DNA of 64,000 nucleotides from Nitrospirota bacterium (GTDB lineage Bacteria; Nitrospirota; UBA9217). This document shows, in pieces, positions 60,156 through 64,000 of the stretch. Position 1 is the stretch's first letter; every line of letters starts with the position of its first letter. The position numbers and the translations under genes are program-made. A model generated the notes under the pieces. It made no database searches and had not been told where the DNA came from. It worked only from the letters and a program-made list of their open reading frames with translations. The DNA lies in contig CAVVUN010000008.1 in assembly GCA_963751455.1 (NCBI GenBank), forward strand, positions 64,001-128,000, written 5' to 3'.

Positions 60156-61964
60156 ATGGCGTTTACCGGCGATTTAGAACATCTTCATATAGTAGACATT
60201 ATCCAGTTGGTCCACACAACGCGGAAGTCGGGCATTTTTTCCGTTAAGGGGAGCAAAGGGGAGAGCAGAATTGTTTTCAGCAGCGGATATATTGTCAGTG
60301 CAAATCATCTTAACAGCAGCGTCCGCATAGGGACCGTTCTCGTAAAGACGGGCGCCATAACAATTGACGATCTCAAGCAGGCATTGGACGCCACGAAGGG
60401 TGCCGTTAAGAACCGTAGACCGCTGATGGCAGCTCTCATTGAGATGGGCAAGCTGAAAAGGGACGACGCTCTAAGAGGATTCAAAAAGCTGGTCGAGATA
60501 ACAATCGTTGAGCTGATGAGCTGGACTAAGGGTACCTTTACTTTCGATACCGATATGATGCCTGGCTCTTCCGAAGAAGAGGCTTCTTATGGCGACACGG
60601 AGCAGGATGTGGGAGTTGATGCCCAGATGGTTTTGATGGATGCACTTCGTATCTTTGACGAGCGGGAACGCGACCGCGCGGCCGGAAAAGAGGTTCCGTC
60701 CTTTGAGGCAGTCTACGCCGATGTCCTTCCGGGAGAAGACACCGGTGAAATAAAAGGTAAACGTTCGACAGTTACAGCGGATGATCTGGGGCTTGCCGAT
60801 ATCGATCGCCTTGAGAAGAGAATACCCCGGCCTGTTTCCGAAATGGAAATCTTTAGTCCACTCGAAATCCATCGCCAGAAAATAAAGGAAATACTCGCGG
60901 GTTTTTCTTTCGAAGAGCAGGAGGCATTTGTTTCTTTTTTGAGGAAATTCGTGGATCGCAAGGCTGTGCCCGAAGCTGCGGCGAAGCAGGCGGGCAAAGC
61001 CGTCGTCATTTTCAGCAATGATAAGCTGATCAGGCATACAGTTATGTCCATAGGTAAAGCAGAAGGAATACCCGTATTTGTAACAGACGACGAAAAGGAC
61101 CTCGAAAAGATTGTTTCGCAGTGTCTCTCTACCATGAGAATGCCTATGGTTGTTTTTGACAGTCCCGGGACCACGGAGGGCGGGTTTCCCGAGGAAACAA
61201 TCGTCAGCCTGCGGAAACGGTTAAGGGAAAAGTACTCTGCGGTTCCAGTCTTTCAACTCGCCCCTTCTGAGGAGAGTAATTTCATCCTTCAATCATATAA
61301 TGACGGCGTCAGGGCCGTTCTTCCGAAGCCGTTGAAAGAAGCCCGAAGACAAACGTACGTTCAGGATACCATACAGTTTCTCGATACCTTCAACTCGTAC
61401 ATCAAACGTTTTCAGTCTCGAATCGATGACACCGGCACGCAGGTGAAAAAATTAAAAGACGACATCACAGCGCTTCGCGGGCTCGCCAACCTTTCTGATG
61501 CGCCGCTTGTGATTCTCGCAGCTGTCGCTGAAATGTTCGAGCGTGCTGTTACGTTTCTCGTAAGTCCCTCGGAATTGATCGGCGAAAGGGCCATAGGAGT
61601 GAGTTCCCCAAAAAGCATGGGCCCGACTGCGGCAGATACGCTCAAGATACCGCTATCAAAACCTTCGGTTTTCCGGGATGTGCTCGAAAAAGCGCAGGCT
61701 TATTATGGGGAGAGCAGCGATGAAGCGCTAGGAGAACTCTTTAACAAAATCGGCAAGCCTCTCAGTCAGTCTGTTCTCCTGCTGCCCTTGATAATCGAGC
61801 GAAAGGTCGTGGCAATCGTATACGGCGATTTCGGGAAAGAAGAGGCATCCCCCGTGCTGCTCGATACGCTTGAGATACTTGCTCAGCAGGTCGGCATTGC
61901 GCTTGAATATGAGCTTTTCCGGAGACAGACGGCGAAACGCGGCTCAAAAATCGTAGAAATGTGA
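60156..61964 (+). CDS. DUF4388 domain protein with receiver-like and GAF-like regions
   Basis: FTGDL..L...DIIQL....KSG, RIGTVLV, WTKGTFTF; C-terminal LLLPL...VVAIVYGD. Confidence 0.78.
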   Translation: MAFTGDLEHLHIVDIIQLVHTTRKSGIFSVKGSKGESRIVFSSGYIVSANHLNSSVRIGTVLVKTGAITIDDLKQALDATKGAVKNRRPLMAALIEMGKLKRDDALRGFKKLVEITIVELMSWTKGTFTFDTDMMPGSSEEEASYGDTEQDVGVDAQMVLMDALRIFDERERDRAAGKEVPSFEAVYADVLPGEDTGEIKGKRSTVTADDLGLADIDRLEKRIPRPVSEMEIFSPLEIHRQKIKEILAGFSFEEQEAFVSFLRKFVDRKAVPEAAAKQAGKAVVIFSNDKLIRHTVMSIGKAEGIPVFVTDDEKDLEKIVSQCLSTMRMPMVVFDSPGTTEGGFPEETIVSLRKRLREKYSAVPVFQLAPSEESNFILQSYNDGVRAVLPKPLKEARRQTYVQDTIQFLDTFNSYIKRFQSRIDDTGTQVKKLKDDITALRGLANLSDAPLVILAAVAEMFERAVTFLVSPSELIGERAIGVSSPKSMGPTAADTLKIPLSKPSVFRDVLEKAQAYYGESSDEALGELFNKIGKPLSQSVLLLPLIIERKVVAIVYGDFGKEEASPVLLDTLEILAQQVGIALEYELFRRQTAKRGSKIVEM

Positions 61965-62004
61965 TATGTCTTAAGTTTAAAAAATCCGGAGGTATAAGGG
62001 CGCC

Positions 62005-63072
62005 ATGGACACTGCAATATTTAATCAGATTCTTCAGATTGCCTTCCAGAAAAGGGTCTCGGATATCCATTTCGAGGTCGACAACCCACCGATGTTCCGG
62101 GCACGCGGCCATCTTATCCGCTCCAAGCTCGGGAACTTGACGAAACAGGATACCGAGTTTGTCGCAACCGCGGTCATGGCGCAGCACAACCGGAAGCTGC
62201 CCGAAGACTTAAGGGAATTTGATACTTCCTTTACGCTCGCGAATGTCGGCCGCTTCCGGGTGAGCATCTTCCGGCAGCGCGGCAATCTCGGCATTGTTAT
62301 GCGCGTTATACCTCACCAGATAGGTACGTTCGAGGAGTTGAATCTTCCGCCGGTGCTCGGGAGGATTGCGCAGGCTCCTAACGGCCTTATTCTCGTCACC
62401 GGGCCGACCGGCAACGGCAAATCAACGACGCTCGCTTCCATGATGCGGTTTATCAATGATAACTTCGATTACAATATTATTACGATCGAGGACCCGATCG
62501 AGTTTCTGTTCGCTTCGAACAAAAGCTGTATTATCCAGAGGGAAGTAGGCATCGATACGGAAAGTTTCACCGTTGCTCTACGGTCTGCAATGCGCATGAA
62601 TCCGGACGTCATCATGGTCGGAGAACTGCGCGATCTCGAAACCGTAGACTCCTGCGTGAAGGCCGCCGAGACGGGCCACCTGGTATTGTCCACGCTGCAT
62701 ACCCATAATACGGCTCAATCCATCAACCGTATTGTCGGTTATTTTCCGCCCCAGGCGCATGAAAATATCAGGCAACGGCTGGCGGAAAGCCTTATAGCAA
62801 TTATCTCTCTCCGGCTGGTACGAGGGAAAAAAGACGAAACTATTCTTCCCGTCCTTGAAGTGATGTATGCAACTTCTTCCATTAAGGCGTGTATCAGGGA
62901 CAATCACCTCGATGAGATTGAGCAGTACATCGAAAAGGGACGCGACGAATACGGCATGCAGACAATGGACCAGCATCTCATTGACCTCTGCAAAGCGGAA
63001 CTCTTGACTCTCGAAGAGGCGAAGCGCATCTCTCGCTCGAAAGATCTTGAGCGTAAACTGACCTACAGTTAG
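62005..63072 (+). CDS. PilT/PilU-family retraction ATPase
   Basis: SDIH, GPTGNGKSTT, TIEDPIE, QREVG, PDVIMVGELRD, TGHLVLSTLH, GMQTMDQ. Confidence 0.92.
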   Translation: MDTAIFNQILQIAFQKRVSDIHFEVDNPPMFRARGHLIRSKLGNLTKQDTEFVATAVMAQHNRKLPEDLREFDTSFTLANVGRFRVSIFRQRGNLGIVMRVIPHQIGTFEELNLPPVLGRIAQAPNGLILVTGPTGNGKSTTLASMMRFINDNFDYNIITIEDPIEFLFASNKSCIIQREVGIDTESFTVALRSAMRMNPDVIMVGELRDLETVDSCVKAAETGHLVLSTLHTHNTAQSINRIVGYFPPQAHENIRQRLAESLIAIISLRLVRGKKDETILPVLEVMYATSSIKACIRDNHLDEIEQYIEKGRDEYGMQTMDQHLIDLCKAELLTLEEAKRISRSKDLERKLTYS

Positions 63073-63166
63073 AACACGTGAATAGATCTAACAACTACAG
63101 AAACTCAGCTTATGTGTACCTTAGCCTGCTTTTCTCAGTGACTCCGTGTCTCCGTGGTGAATTTTT

Positions 63167-63583
63167 ATGAAAAGCTATCGCAAAGAGCTCTGGTTCAATG
63201 TTCCGTCACGCCGGGGGTTCATCAACATTACCCCGCAGGTCGAAGAATGCGTCCGGACAAGCGGTGTGTGGGACGGCCTCGTGCTGGTTAACGCCATGCA
63301 TATAACAGCCTCGGTCTTCATCAATGACGACGAGCGCGGCCTGCTCGGAGATTTCGAAAAATGGCTCGAGAAACTGGCGCCCCATGAGCCTACCTCCCAG
63401 TACGCCCATAACTCCGGGGAGGACAACGCGGACGCGCATCTGAAACGCTCGATCATGGGACGAGATGTCACCGTCGCGATAACCAACGGCAAGCTGGACT
63501 TCGGACCGTGGGAGCAGATCTTCTATGGGGAGTTCGACGGGAAAAGAAAAAAGCGGGTCCTGGTCAAAATTATCGGCGAGTAA
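63167..63583 (+). CDS. yjbQ: YjbQ/UPF0047 family protein
   Basis: [26 protein letters not shown]. Confidence 0.9.
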   Translation: MKSYRKELWFNVPSRRGFINITPQVEECVRTSGVWDGLVLVNAMHITASVFINDDERGLLGDFEKWLEKLAPHEPTSQYAHNSGEDNADAHLKRSIMGRDVTVAITNGKLDFGPWEQIFYGEFDGKRKKRVLVKIIGE

Positions 63584-63855
63584 AGCCCTCCAATGGTTCG
63601 GCTGTGTTGTCTTTACCTGCCACAACACACTTCTCCAGGATTTTGTTCTATTTAGATCTAAATTTTAAACTCTCACTCCGCAACAGCCCCCATCGTGTAT
63701 GTACACTTCGGTCACAACGTCTCCCGGAATTCCACGTCCCTCCGGAATTCTCAAACTGCTCTTGCTTACCCTGAAGTGAAGTTGTAGCATGAACGCGTGT
63801 TACTTTAGGGTTACTCTTCCGTCAATCCGGTTCGCGATTCATAAAGGGAAGCTGA

Positions 63856-64000
63856 ATGAAAAAAACATTTCTGTTGTTGGCATTGATTTTGTGCTTTGTC
63901 GCGATGTTGACCTCCTGCGGCGGCGGTGTCGGCGAAAGCGGCGGCACGACAGCTTCGTATTATGCAAACTGGACCTGCGGCACGAGCACACAATGTGTCT
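63856..64000 (+). CDS. lipoprotein, N-terminus only (runs off the right edge)
   Basis: Manual translation MKKTFLLLALILCFVAMLTSC-GGG... with lipobox LTSC. Confidence 0.7.
   Translation, partial: MKKTFLLLALILCFVAMLTSCGGGVGESGGTTASYYANWTCGTSTQCV

Overview
Bacterial chromosome segment. Gene order and content resemble anaerobic Nitrospirota/Desulfobacterota-type genomes (inference, not determined). Core blocks: panC-yhiN; dgk-folK-dapL-FAH-dsbC-dapB-dapA-dapF-lysA-FN3 lipoprotein-argH-argG-ppi; bacterioferritin; tRNA-Val/tRNA-Asp; an acetate/acyl-CoA cluster; class IV aminotransferase-deoC; sigma54-lpxC; oppDF; a c-di-GMP/partner-switch operon; parC-like; pilT-like; yjbQ. There are two accessory zones. 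(1) A ~12 kb integrase-free defence island (~2.85-14.9 kb) carries a HigB-HigA(ChAD)-SecB toxin-antitoxin-chaperone operon facing an atypical Druantia-like operon: membrane-anchored 661-aa protein, 309-aa protein, 1832-aa DruE-type helicase/DUF1998, C5 methyltransferase, Vsr and a small protein. (2) A TA/IS debris zone (37.3-43.5 kb) has broken HEPN toxins, orphan antitoxins, an IS3 fragment and an 837-bp internally deleted IS with perfect 16-bp TIRs and a 10-bp target duplication. Many core intergenic gaps hold a palindromic element built from three tandem 8-10-nt CRCRRA units. Some are nested and some carry a 40-49-bp CCTGC...GCAGG insert. I saw none in the defence island. All family assignments come from motif recognition by eye; no searches were run.
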